Shown: piece by piece, positions 1 through 11,905 of the stretch
How the letters are laid out: each line of letters starts with the position of its first letter
Numbering within the stretch: the stretch's first letter is position 1
Made by a program: the position numbers and the translations under genes
Assembly: GCA_013265495.1 (NCBI GenBank)
Contig: MU060970.1
Span: 11,485,063-11,549,062 of the forward strand
Reading direction: 5' to 3'
From: Vicugna vicugna
Taxonomy: Eukaryota
Length of the DNA: 64,000 bases
The notes under the pieces: generated by a model
Told to the model about the DNA's origin: nothing
Database searches by the model: none
Seen by the model: the letters and a program-made list of their open reading frames with translations, nothing else

Positions 1-139
1 AGTGTTTCCTGCAGGGTGGAAGGGGGACCAGGGTGCAGGGGGAGCAGGGAAGAGGGCACTCAGCACAGTCTTCCAGGTCAGCTCAGAATGAAAGATGTCC
101 TGCGAGGGCCCTACCAACTCAGTGACGCAGAGTGATTTG

Positions 140-350
140 TTTCAGCTTTGGCATGAGATAGACCTGAGTTTTAACTCAGTTTCTGCCACTTCTTAGCTAT
201 GTGACTTCAGGCAAGTCTCTGAGCTTCTCTGAGCCTCTGTTTCTGAATCTATAAAATGAGGCTAGTCATACAGACCTTGGCAGAATTTTGAGATTAAATG
301 AACTAACAAATGTAAAGCCCTTAACAAATAGTCCAAGAGGAAGCTCAATA
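140..350 (+). mobile_element. MIR SINE (representative; further MIR relics near 8440-8655, 13430-13650, 14065-14190, 16790-16960, 18650-18850, 19340-19560, 24640-24870, 26170-26330, 27420-27640, 55975-56150, 60840-61390)
   Basis: GCCACTTCTTAGCTATGTGACTTCAGGCAAGT..CTGAGCCTCTGTTTC..TATAAAATGAGG MIR core. Confidence 0.75.
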
Positions 351-1988
351 GCATAATAGTAGTCAGAGCTGCTGGCATCGTCAGACGGTCCCCTCCAAAG
401 CGTCTCCCTCTGCCCTCACCTCCTCCTCCACCCCTTCCCCTATGTGCAGAGAATCCCCTGCCCCCACTGCTATCAGGAGCTCCAAGTGGCCTTCTGCTGG
501 GTCTCACTGCAGAATCCCAGGCCCTGGACACTGAAAATAATGAGGCAGGGCAGAATAGGGGAGTTTTGAGAAGGGGCCTGCCAAACCCTGCAGCAGGAAG
601 ACCATCCATCCCTGAATAAACAGGCTGTCACCCCTTCCCTCCCACCCTCTCTCTCCCTTAAATAACCCAGATCTGTTGCCCGGTTGTATCCAAGCAACAC
701 CACTCAGGCTCCCAAGGATGTCTCACTCCAACAGAGCCATTTAGGAAGATGCTACAGGGAAGGAGGGGGCGGGGGGGGGTCAAGGGAGCCACAGAGGCTT
801 GGCAGTGTCTTCTCAAGGCCTTTAGATGGTGAGTTCCTGGTCCCCAGGAACACAGCTCCTGGGCTGACCCCTGCCCAGACTGGTGGGCAGGGAGGCATGC
901 TTACTTACCAGAAACATTCCAGGAGAGACCAAGGCCTCCCAGACTTCTTACTGGGAAGATCCCAGACCCCATGAAGCTTGGGATTCACAGGCGCTAAGTG
1001 CCTTGGAAAGATCACTGACTGGCCCAGGCTTAGCCTCCTATGTTCTAGTCTCGGTGCCAACAGTCACGGGCAGTGTTATTCCAGTCAGGTCACCCACAGC
1101 CTCCGAGCCTCAAAGAACCTTACTGCCAGAAGTGGTGTAGGAAAGGGACACTCTCACACTGTTCGACAGTTATCTATCCACATGGCAAATGCAGACTCTT
1201 TGCCTCAGCAATTACATTTCTAGGAATTTAGCCTAGAGACGTGCCTGTACATGTATAAATTGACAACTGTGCAAGGTTATTTTCAGTTTTCGATGGTGAA
1301 AGATTGGAAACTGCCGAAAAGTCTGTGGACAGAGAGATGATTGGCTAGATAAACTATGGAACATCCAGAAACTAGAAACATAATGCAGCTATTTTTAAAA
1401 TACAATATACGTGGGCTGATGGAAAATGATCTTTAGAGCTAGGTGCCAAGTTCAGGAGTGGGCACAGGCAGAGACAGGGCAGTGTTGTCTGTGACAGCTT
1501 GGAGCCAGCCTTGGCATCTGTCTCTAGGGGAATGATAAGTCATATGGATTCCAACCATGGAATCCCATCCAACAGGTACACCCAAAAATCCAGGTGCACA
1601 CACAGAAACATGGAGTGAGCTTAAAAACACAGTATCCTGCAATAAAAGTAACAAACAGAGCTAGATTAGCCATACAATACCATGAACGTAAAGTAACGAC
1701 ACTTAGAAAAATACCTTAGTTTTTTCAAATGAGGATACGTGCATCATGCAAAAACATTATCAAACACACTACCCTGGTGCCTGTGAGAAAAAGGGATGAG
1801 ATGGAGGAAAAATGAAGCAAAGAGAACAACGCCAGACGGAAAGCCGCACATACGTTGATGATGATTAAGGAAAATTACTTACTCATCTCTGCAGCTGAGG
1901 TAAGAGGGAAGGAGGGAGGAAGGAGGGAGGCAGGAGAGGACAGTGCAGGACTGGGTCTCTAATATTCTAGCATTTTAGGAGTTGTATA

Positions 1989-2148
1989 CATATTGTCCCT
2001 CAGTATCCACAGGGGACTGATTCCAGGACCCCCATGGATACTAAACTCTGCAGATGTTCAAGTCCCTTCTATAGTAGTACAGCCATGTCAGCCGGACGTA
2101 CAACACACGTCAGCTGATGCGGAACCGATGGATACAGAAGGTTGCCTA
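1989..2148 (+). mobile_element. Internally deleted MER2/Tigger-type DNA transposon
   Basis: Ends ..GTCCCTCAGTATCC and GGATACAGAAGG.. resemble MER2 termini; GATGTTCAAGTCCCT core. Confidence 0.65.
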
Positions 2149-2151
2149 TAG

Positions 2152-2197
2152 GCGTGCGTGCGCACGCGCATGCACACACAAACACACACACACACAC
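2152..2197. repeat. Compound (GC/GT)n(CA)n microsatellite
   Basis: GCGTGCGTGCGCACGCGCATGCACACACAAACACACACACACACAC. Confidence 0.9.
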
Positions 2198-2199
2198 TA

Positions 2200-2411
2200 T
2201 AGTTGACCCTTGAATAACATGGGTTTGAACTGCAGGGGGCCACTTATGTGTAGATTTTTTTCCATGAACACATACTACAATATTCACATTTGGTTGAATC
2301 TGGGCATGCAGAACCGGGAATATTGTCAGGGGCCAACCATAAATTACACGTGGATTTTTGGCTGCACAGAGATGGGCACCCCTAATCCCTGCGATGGTCA
2401 AGGGTCAACTA
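2200..2411 (+). mobile_element. Non-autonomous Tigger1-derived element (Tigger1a-like)
   Basis: Perfect 14-bp TIRs TAGTTGACCCTTGA (2200-2213) and TCAAGGGTCAACTA (2398-2411), flanked by TA duplications. Confidence 0.85.
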
Positions 2412-3088
2412 TACATTAAATGTCTCTGAAGGACAGGTAAGAAACCAGTGATTTTAGTTGCCTCCAGGGAACTGGGTGGTTGGGGCCTCAGGCAAGAGGG
2501 ACACTTTTAACTGCATACCTTCTTGTGCATTTGAATTTTGTCCCACGTAGATGTGTTATCTATTTTTAAATAATAATAATAAAAGTTAGCTGGTAGGCTT
2601 GTATACATGGGGTCAATCTTTGGGAGGCTACAGAAGACACTGGGAAGAGGGCTGAGCCCTCGGAGGATAAATGAGGCCTGGGGAGGGGAAGCAGACTTGC
2701 CCTCCACTCACTATCCTTTTGTACAGTTGGATTTTTTTTTTACCCCGACCATCTATGATATATTCTAATCATTGTCAATTAAAATTTTTATCTTGAACAC
2801 TTCTTAGATGCACAAAAATAGAGACTAGCATAATCCAGTCTATAAATGCATTATCAGATATGACAATTATCAAGATGTTGACACACTTGCTTCATCAACT
2901 ATTATCTTTTTTTTAATTTTGGTTTTGTTTCTGGAGTATTTTAAAACAACCCCCAGATATCACCCCGTTTCACCTCTACCTCCATCAGTGTATGATAGAA
3001 GTAACAATTGCATTTTATTATTTAAAAAAAACTTTTTTGCCTTCTAGATTTATTGAGATATCATTGACATACAGCACTGTATACTTTC

Positions 3089-3209
3089 GGGAGGGAGGTA
3101 ATTAGGTTGTCTTTATTTATTTATTTATGTTAATGGAGATACTGGGGATTGAACCCAGGACCTCATGTATACTAAGCACAAACTTTACCACTAAGCTATA
3201 CCCTCCCCC
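3089..3209 (-). mobile_element. tRNA-derived SINE, camelid vic-1-like
   Basis: Reverse complement carries A/B boxes and a (TAAA)n tail; homologous to the 16614 copy. Confidence 0.85.
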
Positions 3210-6027
3210 TCAATAATTGCATTTTAAACAAACACCTGAGAGGCCAGACAGTGCACCCTGACAGACCTAGGATTCCCTCTACAAAATCTTTGAGGGGTAG
3301 TGGTCCTCGCCTCTGCTTGACTGTTCCCAGAGTTGAGGAACTCTCTCATGACCCAGTCTCCTTCTTTGTCCTAATGGCCTACAGCTAGGCTTCTCAGGAG
3401 GGACAGACACCGCCTCACTCCCCCTTTGCTGACTTGGAGGCACCCAGCCATGGGCAGGAGCAGCTCAAAGCCACAGAGAAACAGCCCAGCTCATTAGAGT
3501 TCGTTCCTTTCCAAAACAAACTCAGAAGCATAAAGGCAAGCCAGACACGCTCACGTAAACCAGAGGCCACTAAAGCCCGGTGGCTTGGAAGGCGTCTCCA
3601 GGCGCCCCCTCCCCTCCCTTCCCCTGGCCATCTGAAACAGGCGTGCCCTGTCCTGGCAGTCAGGGGTAAACCCTGGGCCAGGACTAAACAGTTGTTCCCA
3701 GACTGCCTACATGTGCATTTGAATTGCCAGCAGAAGGGGTTCGACCACAGATTCCCAGGCTCCACCCCAGCCCTCCGAAGCCAGAATCTCCAGAGCTGGA
3801 GCCTGGGAAAGCCCCCTGTGTGGTTCGAAGGCAAGGGTCAAGTGTCTAGTGTTTGGGAACCACAGGGCCAAGTGACCCCAAGGCCCTCTTCCAGATGCAA
3901 CAGGCCAAATGGACACTCAGCAACCTGTCTCTGTACCAAGATTCTGGCTTGCCCCTAACACAGGGTACAGTGTTCCCACCTGTAGCGGCAGGGGACCAGG
4001 TGATGCCAACTCCTGTTAAGAGTGTGCTGGCCAAGGCTCAGAGGAACACATATAGCCCTCCAAATCCAGGGTGCTTTCTGAGGCTAGAGGCATGGATTCA
4101 GAGATTGCATTTTGCCCCCTCCCCTGCATAGTCTTCCCTCCTACAGGGGAGGGGAGACACTGAGCATTTAGCGTGCACCACAATTCACGTGCATTAATTC
4201 ACTGAAGCCTCGCCCCAGCGCTACAAGGCAGGAGTCATCTTATCCTCCTTAGAATATGAGGAAACCCAGCCTCAGGGAGACGCACTAACCCGCCCCAGGG
4301 CACACAGCTGATAAGGAGCTAAACCAGGGTTCTCACCAGGCAGTGTGACTTCAAAGCTCACCTTTTCTACCCACAACAAAAGCCCACCCTGCCCCTGTGC
4401 TCCAGAAACAAACAAGACAACCCCGTGGGTGGTGGGTGAGACTCCACTCAGCATGCCTGGGTGCCCCTCGGTAAGCGCACGTGCCCTCCGCGCCGTGTGT
4501 CACCAAGGCCAAGTTAGCAGTCCAAGCAGGTTACTGGGGGAAACACCTGTGAAAGACAAGCGGGGAGAGGGCAGGAGTGAGTGGGGAGAGCCTTCAGACC
4601 ACGTTGCAGGTGTGAGGATGCTGAAGGAAGGAGGGTTAGGAGGAAGAGCCCCGGGCCCAGAGCAGCCCTGAGAACGCCTCAGCCAGGTCAACGGGGAGAC
4701 CTGAGGAGGGGCTGCCCATTAGAGGCAATCCACCTAACTGAGCGGAAAACCAAGAGGCCAGCCTTGAGAAGAACCATGACCAGACAGGTTGGGTGGACAG
4801 GGCCCCTGACCAGGCTTCTGGGAACCCAAGCCCTAGTCTAGTTTCTGCATTGCCATGTCTACATCAGGCAAGTCAAGGAACCTCTCTGGGCCTCAGTCTC
4901 CTCATCTGTAAAGCAGGATAAATAATTATTGCCTAGCACGTAAACACAGGTACTCTTCTCAGACTCCATCTGTGATGGGGAGGTAGAAAAACTGTCCATT
5001 TGGTGGCAGATGCCAAACTTCAGAGAGCTCTGATGCGCCGTCAGAATGAGCCCCCTGGTTCTCTTTCCATAGGACACCAGGGCTGAAGGGCTCTTGGCGG
5101 AGACTTAACCCAACTCCCCACCCCACCCACATTGTGCCAAACCTCTCAAAGTGCTGCTACTGTGTTGGACTTCAGATCCACAATTTCATTCATCATTTTG
5201 AAAAGTGTACTTCGTTACTATCTTCATTTTTTGAATGAAGAAACTGAGGTACAGAGAGGTTGAGGAACTTGTTCCCCAGCCATCTCTGACTCCAGAGCCC
5301 TTGTGTTCAGCCACTAACGTGTTGCTTCACATTAATCCTCCCAGGGACGGGAGCTCACCCTCTAGGGGAACTTCCCCAGAACTGTGCTGGCCTTAGGACA
5401 TACTTCTCCTAACATGAGTCTGACCCCCACTTCCCAGCCACTCTCCTCAGTCGGCAGCTGGTCCTGCTCCCCACCCCGCTCTTGGACCATAAGCACACAG
5501 GTAAATGCCTCTTCCTTTCAAATATTTGAGAAATGCCATCTCATACCCTACCCACAGCCTTCTCCAGCTAAACACTGCCAGGGCTTTCAAAGGCTGGTAG
5601 GAACCTCTAAGATCAGAACAGGCCTGAACTGTTGTTAGTCTGACTCCAGACCCCCCAGAGGGCTCTTTCCCAAGGGAGTCAAGAAGAACATGAAACCCTT
5701 CTTTCTCTCCCTACTCAGCATCTCCTGCCACTCAGGAGGCTGCTCTCCCGGCTCTGACTTCACACCTAGCTGACATACGACATTCAGAAACCTACAGACA
5801 AGTCTCTTTCTGGAACCCACACGCACTCCCAGCCTGTTACCCCTCCTTCAAGTCCCTGGAAAGGGTGCAGCTCTGAGCTGCTGCTGGCAGGAGGCAGTGA
5901 AGTGGTTAAATTGCCCACTATTCTATAGGGAGAGGCCAGATGGGGGTGGGGGCTGGCAGTTAGAGGAAGAGAAAGAAAAAAAGAGAGGAAAGAAGGAAGA
6001 AAGAGAGAGAGAAAGAATGAAAGACAA

Positions 6028-6216
6028 NNNNNNNNNNNNNNNNNNNNNNNNNNNNNNNNNNNNNNNNNNNNNNNNNNNNNNNNNNNNNNNNNNNNNNNNN
6101 NNNNNNNNNNNNNNNNNNNNNNNNNNNNNNNNNNNNNNNNNNNNNNNNNNNNNNNNNNNNNNNNNNNNNNNNNNNNNNNNNNNNNNNNNNNNNNNNNNNN
6201 NNNNNNNNNNNNNNNN
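6028..6216. other. N-run, 189 nt. Others: 39764-39951, 41782-41981, 48442-48595, 48879-49036, 56796-56960, 57024-57204, 57494-57707
   Basis: Unresolved bases. This one adjoins a purine-rich simple repeat. Confidence 0.99.
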
Positions 6217-6417
6217 ATCAGGAAAGCCCCAGGCAGGGTCTGGGAGGGGAGCGGGCTAAGGGCTAAGTCCCTCCTCTCAGGGGCCCTGGTTTCTCCCACA
6301 AATCCCTGCCTTTCTCACCAGTTTATTCCACATTCTCTCACTTCCTCTCACAGCTTCACCCAGGTCACTCGAGGAGGGCCACCTCCCCTCCAAAAACAAC
6401 TATTCAAAAAGCCTCTC

Positions 6418-6585
6418 GAGTTAGTGTTTAATGGGGAAGGAAGTTCAATGGAGGAAGATGAAAAAGTTCTAGAGAAGGATGGCGGTGATGGTTGCAAGAT
6501 AATGCAAGTGTACATAATACTACTGTATTGTACACTTGAAGGTGGTTAAAATAGTCAATTTTATGTTATGCATATTTTACCACAA
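6418..6585 (+). mobile_element. L1M (L1MA/MB-type) 3' end
   Basis: GAAAAAGTTCTAGAGAAGGATGGCGGTGATGGTTGC..GTACACTTGAAGGTGGTTAAAATAGTCAATTTTATG. Confidence 0.8.
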
Positions 6586-7569
6586 TCATGAAGAACCCCC
6601 ATAGAGTGGAGAATATAAGTGCCCCCTCCCACACACACACAAAAGGCCTCCCGAAGAAGTCCCCAGTGGACTGAAGTCCAGTTCTGAGTAGGAAAACCAC
6701 TGTGTAGGAGGGGGAGACACCAAAAAGCCCCATGGGGTAGTCCTGGAAGTCCCAAAGCCACCTTTCCCCTCCAGTTTCCCCAGTGGCAGCCCTGGAGCAA
6801 AGAGCACCTGTCAGGCCAATGAAAGCCTGGAGACCCTCAGTCCCAACCTTGGGTCAGAACTAGAAAGTACCAGAAGCACAGAGAGACAGTGCCTGGCCTA
6901 AGGTCACACAGCAAGTTAACCACAAAGCTGGGACTTGAGGCTCGGTGATCTTACTTACCAGAGTTGCCCTCAGAAGGGAAATTCAGGCCAATTGGGATCC
7001 AGCAGGGGTTTTAAACAGAATGACCCTGGCCATTCCTCCCTGCTGCTTCCCATCCTGCCTGGGGACCCACTGATGTGAGGAGCCTCTCAAGTTTCTGATC
7101 TGCCTGCAGGTTCCACACTTGGCCTTGCCACCCCAGTGCAGGGGGCCTTCACCCCGCCAGGTGGCAGTATGTAATGGAGGGGTCAGTCTCTAGACTCAGA
7201 CAAGCCTGCATGAACCCCAACTCCACCTCTATAAATATGCTTCTCAGACTAGGCCCCTCATCTGTAAAATGGGCACGATAATGCCTAATTGGTGGGGTTC
7301 TTTTGAGGATTAGCACAAATGGCATTATACCTATGAAGGGCCTGAAATGCATTAGGTGCTCAAAAAATATTCTTTCTCTCCTCTTCCCTGCCGGGGACCC
7401 AGGGCCTTTCACCAGCACGGGCGGTTGTACCCAAATGGTCAGCGGTGTCCCTCCTTCGCCCACTGACTGACTGGGGAGTCCGGGGGCAAGTCTGTTCCCT
7501 TCTCTGGATGTGTTTCTCCACCTGCAAAATGAAAGAGTAGAGCTTGCTGACTCTTCCCCGGCATGTGTA

Positions 7570-7880
7570 ACATGCCTAAAAGTGCACGTATACCTTGTCA
7601 ACCATGCCATCGACAAAATGTTCCTAGCAGTGTTACCCAAAATAGACCAAAATATGAAAACAACTCAAATGTCCATCAAGAGAATGGATGAACAAATTGT
7701 GGTACAGTGTCAGAATGGAATTATTTCCTAGCAACTAAAACAAATGAACCACCAAGACACACAACATCATTGATGACGATCATAGACTTGAGAGTGAAAG
7801 AAACCAGATCCAAATGAGAACACAGCATAAGATTCATTTAGATGAAGTCCTAGGACTGGTAAAACTAGCCTATGATGATC
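7570..7880 (+). mobile_element. Old L1M fragment (ORF2 end / 3'UTR)
   Basis: AACTCAAATGTCCATCAAGAGAATGGATGAACAAATTGTGGTAC motif. Confidence 0.75.
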
Positions 7881-8303
7881 GAGGGCAGAAGAGGCCAGGC
7901 ACAACCTGAATTCTCAAGCGCTTCTGAGAGAATGTCCAGTGAGTGGCTGGCTCAGCCTCCCAGTTCCCAGGGCAGGGAGACTGGTGGGCTCTGGGTGTGG
8001 CCATGGCTGCCCATGCCAGCGGAACGTCTGGGCAGCAGGAAGGCCTGTGCTTTGGCAGGAAGCCACCCCCTTCTAAAGAGCCAGAGAGTTCCGCCAAGGC
8101 CAGCCACTGTCCCTGCCTGCAGACCTGGTCACCTGCTGCCATGGCAACTGTCCTGCCAGGTCAGTGGCACTAGGTGCAGGAAGCACAGTGCAGGAAGGTG
8201 ACAGGTTATCTGCTGGGCTCCCCTGTCCTGTCAAGGGAGGGACCTTGGCCCGCCCGGGCTGCAGCAGGGAGAACTGTGTGTTGTTCCTGCACTTTTCCCT
8301 GCA

Positions 8304-8323
8304 TGTGTGTGTGTGTGTGTGTG
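8304..8323. repeat. (TG)10 microsatellite
   Basis: Read directly from the sequence. Confidence 0.9.
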
Positions 8324-9169
8324 CCGTGCACACATGTGGATGATTGTGCCCAGTGCAGCAGTGGCCAGTCTCTCCTACATCTGGGGCTGGGAGGGGTTCC
8401 AGTAGGGCAGAAGACTGTTCAATAGCAAAAGCTGGCATTCACTGCCAGCATTTACTACATGCCAGGCACCATGCTAAATAGTCGTCATGTATTTTCTCAT
8501 TCTAGTGTCACAACAACCTATGAGGCAGGTACTATTGTCACTTTTACAGAGAAGGAAAATGAGGCACAGAGAGGTTAAGTAACTTGTCCAAAGTCTCAGC
8601 ACTAGCAAGCAACGGAGCCAGGGTTAGAACCCAAACAATCAGGCTCCAAATGTTAACCGGCAAGAGCACAGCCTCTCCTCGGGAGGCTGAGTCTTTTGGT
8701 TTTCCCACTGGTCATTCAGTTTTCCGAGCTCTGCACAGGTACCAAGGAAAAAGAAACTGGTTTGATCTGGTCTCTGGTTTTCAGTTGCCACTAGCTCCCT
8801 GCAGGAGATGGGGGGAAAACAACCACGATGCAGAGCCCTAAGTCTCAAAGGGAGAGGCATGCAGAGGGCTCTGTGGGACAGGAAGGCGAAAGAGGGGAGC
8901 CTGGCTCCCGCACCTGCCACTGGGATCTCTGCCAGGCGAGGGGAAGCCACCCTGGAATCTGAGGACTGATGAAGTTCTGCCCTGGGAGGCCATCTGCTGG
9001 ACAGATGGCAGCAAGACAGCCTGGGCAGCTGGCCTCTCCTCTCCTCTCCTTCATTACGGGTATTTCCCTCATGTGTCCCTGGCACCATGCTAAGTTCAGG
9101 GATGCAGAGCAACACATGGTAAACCCAACGGCCTTCGTGGGGCTTACAGTCCACTACGGGAGGCAGACA

Positions 9170-9830
9170 TGAACCAGTAGCCCCCAAGTAAGGATGTAAC
9201 CACAGCTGATAAGAAGTGCTCTAAAGGGAAAAGACAGGGTGCTCGGAGATGGTGTGAAAGGGGGTCATCTTTAGACAGGGTGGTGGGGAAATACCTCTCC
9301 AAAGAGGTCACATTTAAGCAAAGACCCGAAGGCTAATAGGTGTTTGCCAGGCAGAGTGGGAGAAAGGGAATTCAGGCAGAGGGGACGGCAAGGGCAAATG
9401 CTCTGGGGTGGGAACAATCTCATTAGATTCCAGGAGCTGAAAGAAGGCTGAAGGCCGCTGCACCTGGAGAGAATGAGGCAGCAAAACTAGGCTTCAGGAC
9501 CTTGTATTTGACTCTGAGGCAATGGGAACTCTGGGGTTTTAATGAGGGAAGCGTGGCAGTCCTGACCACGGCTGCTCGAGTGTGGAATGGATTATGGGGA
9601 CCAGCAAGGAGGCCACTGCAGTCGTCCAGGGGAAAGACGATGGTGGCCGGGACCAGGGTGGTGACAGAGGAGCTGCAGAGGGACAGATGGGTTCTAGAGA
9701 ATGATATTTAAAGCAGAATCGACAGGCTAGTATTGGACTGGATGCTGGGATGTTGGGGAGGGGAGGGAATTAGGGTGTCTGGCTTGAGTAACGGGGTAGA
9801 GGTTGGAGCTTGAGTGAAGGAGTATGTGAA
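9170..9830 (-). mobile_element. L2 LINE fragment
   Basis: GAGGTCACATTTAAGCAAAGACC..AGGCAGAGGGGACGGCAAGGGCAAA..GGAGGCCACTGCAGTCGTCCAGG, typical antisense L2. Confidence 0.65.
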
Positions 9831-10164
9831 GAGCTCAGTCCTGGAAGGTGTGGGTGGGGAGCTGGAGATGCCATGAGAGAGCCCAAGGGAGACACACGGG
9901 TGGGCGGTGGATGGGGGTCCTAGGCTCAGAGTGGTCTGGGGTAGAGAAAAGCAGGGCACCACTGGCATCGGGTGGGGTTTAAAGCCTCAGGATGGCAAAA
10001 ACCCTCCAGGAGAAGTAGTGGGAGGGGTGGGAGGGGAGGGGAATCAGCAGAGCAGAGTGGGTGGGGGACACTAGAGAAGAGGGGAGGCAAGAGGACAGAA
10101 GACTGAGCAGGTGCAGCTGGGGAGGTGGGAGGGAAGCTTGGTGGCACAAAAGCCAAGGGGTAGG

Positions 10165-10260
10165 AGAGCGTTTCAACTGTCTTTCAACTATGTCAAAGGC
10201 TGCTTTGAGGTCTAGCAGGGCTAAACCAATTTGGCAACATGCATGTCCTACAACAAAAGC
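10165..10260. promoter_or_regulatory. Candidate proximal epiblast enhancer (PEE) core
   Basis: At -11.7 kb, upstream of the NDE candidate. Two TCF-like cores, TCAAAG (10193-10198) and CTTTGA (10203-10208), both imperfect. Assignment is positional. Confidence 0.35.
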
Positions 10261-11419
10261 TGGAGCAGTTTCTATGGTGGGTGGGGGTGGGAGACACTCT
10301 TAGGGGTGAAGGAAGTAGGTAGGTGGTAGGAAGTGTGGGGAGGGAGCACAACCAACAACTCAGCTTTGAGAAGGCGCAGGAGCTGGAAGCAGACTGGAGA
10401 GGGTGGATATAAAGACAGGGTGTCAGGGTACAGTGGCGTGCACTGAAGGGAACTGGTCTGGAGCATGAAGGACCCAGCAGCTTTCCAGAGCCTCTTTCTT
10501 CTCTGCTCCTTCCACTTTCACCCTGGTTCCCGTAGTCACCCCTTACTCTGACGAGGGAAACTGAGCCCCAGAGAAGGGCCCAAGGTTACACTAGGGCTCT
10601 GACCAAGCTGGCTCCTTACACAGCAGACAACAGGTGAGGCAGGGCCCGGGGGGAGGTTCTTTGGAGTCGTGGGAAGCCAAGAATGGTGCAGAGGTTATGT
10701 GAGCCCCTTGACTGGGTCTGCATGCCCTTCCCTCTCTGCCGGGTCTGCATGGCCCTGCCCCAGCAATCTCCCACCTCACCCCGACCCTGGGCAGTGTGGC
10801 AGAGGACAGAAGACAGACCAGGTACCCAGGAAAGATCACTGGTTTGGGGGGAGGGGGATTTTGAAGGAAAGAATACAAAATACAAATACAAATTAGGGCT
10901 GGGACCTTGGAAGGGTCTGAAATTTACTCTTCATTCACCTCAAGGTAACACACCTGTGGCTGCCATCACCTCAAGCAATCGACATCGCCTCTTAGTACCC
11001 ACGCTGTAGAGTTATGAGCACTAAATGAGATATCTATGCAAAGATGGTTCAGTCTCTGGGTGAGTACTCACAAATCGCGGGGTGGCTGTTGTAGACTAGG
11101 CTCCCCTGGGGGTTCCCGGGTGCTCTGTTCTCCCTGAGCCCAGGGGCAGCAGCAACTCCCTGGTGTCAGAAACACTCTGGAGGACAAAAAGGTGGTGGTG
11201 ACCCACCCCACCTTTTCTGCCCCCACCCCAGAGTCAGCATAGCACCAAGTGGGGGCTCTGCAAGTGGCCCTGAACGATAGCTTCATCCTGAGACCCCGGT
11301 TACAGAGCGGGCACACGCTGCCCCTCCCTGCCAGCAGCAGGAGAATTAGGCTATTGGACCGAGGTCCAGAGTAGGGACGGAACAGATGGGAGGGGGACAC
11401 ATCCAGCTGAACCCAGAGC

Positions 11420-11905
11420 TCTGACCACTCGGCCCAGGCGTGGGCTCACCCCAGATTGTCTCCGTTTTGTCGGGCTCGCGACCCGGTGGCAGGACCCGCA
11501 GAGCCAGGGAACTCCCCACGAGTGGGCGCCAAGTCGTAGGTGCGGCAGATAGAACCGGCAGCACCCGTCGCGCTCAGATCAGGGCCTGGGGAGGGGGCGC
11601 CCCGCCGCGCTGGGAACCCGCGACAACGCTCCGGGCCACTCACTGCCGCCTCCGTTCCCCTGCGCTGCAGCCCGCTCCGCTGGCTGCCGGAGCCTCCCGG
11701 GCCGCGCTCGGCGCTCTTTCCCACGGGGGCGGGCGCCTGGGCCTCGGTCCGCCCTGCGCAGCGGCCAGGCGCGGTCACCTCCCAGGCCCAGGAGGTCCTG
11801 CTATTCCGCGCGCCTCCCCCGGCGGCGGTGCAGTGCCCGACGCAGCCAGCCAGATTGGGCACCGCCCCGCACTCATCCTTTTAGGACTCTTCTGCACAAA
11901 CAAGA
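11420..11905. promoter_or_regulatory. CpG-rich island, candidate node enhancer (NDE)
   Basis: About 10.2 kb upstream of the ATG. RBPJ sites TGGGAA (11611-11616) and perfect CGTGGGAAA on - (11717-11725); forkhead-like ACAAACA at 11896-11902. The mouse NDE lies near -10 kb with two RBP-J sites. Confidence 0.65.

Noticed and set aside
3415-3958. Overlapping 139-aa and 174-aa ORFs
   Set aside because: No recognisable protein family; within chance expectation for GC-rich DNA.
5784-6299. ORFs spanning N-runs, here and near 39.7, 41.7, 48.4-49.1 and 56.8-57.7 kb
   Set aside because: Artefacts of unresolved bases lacking stop codons.
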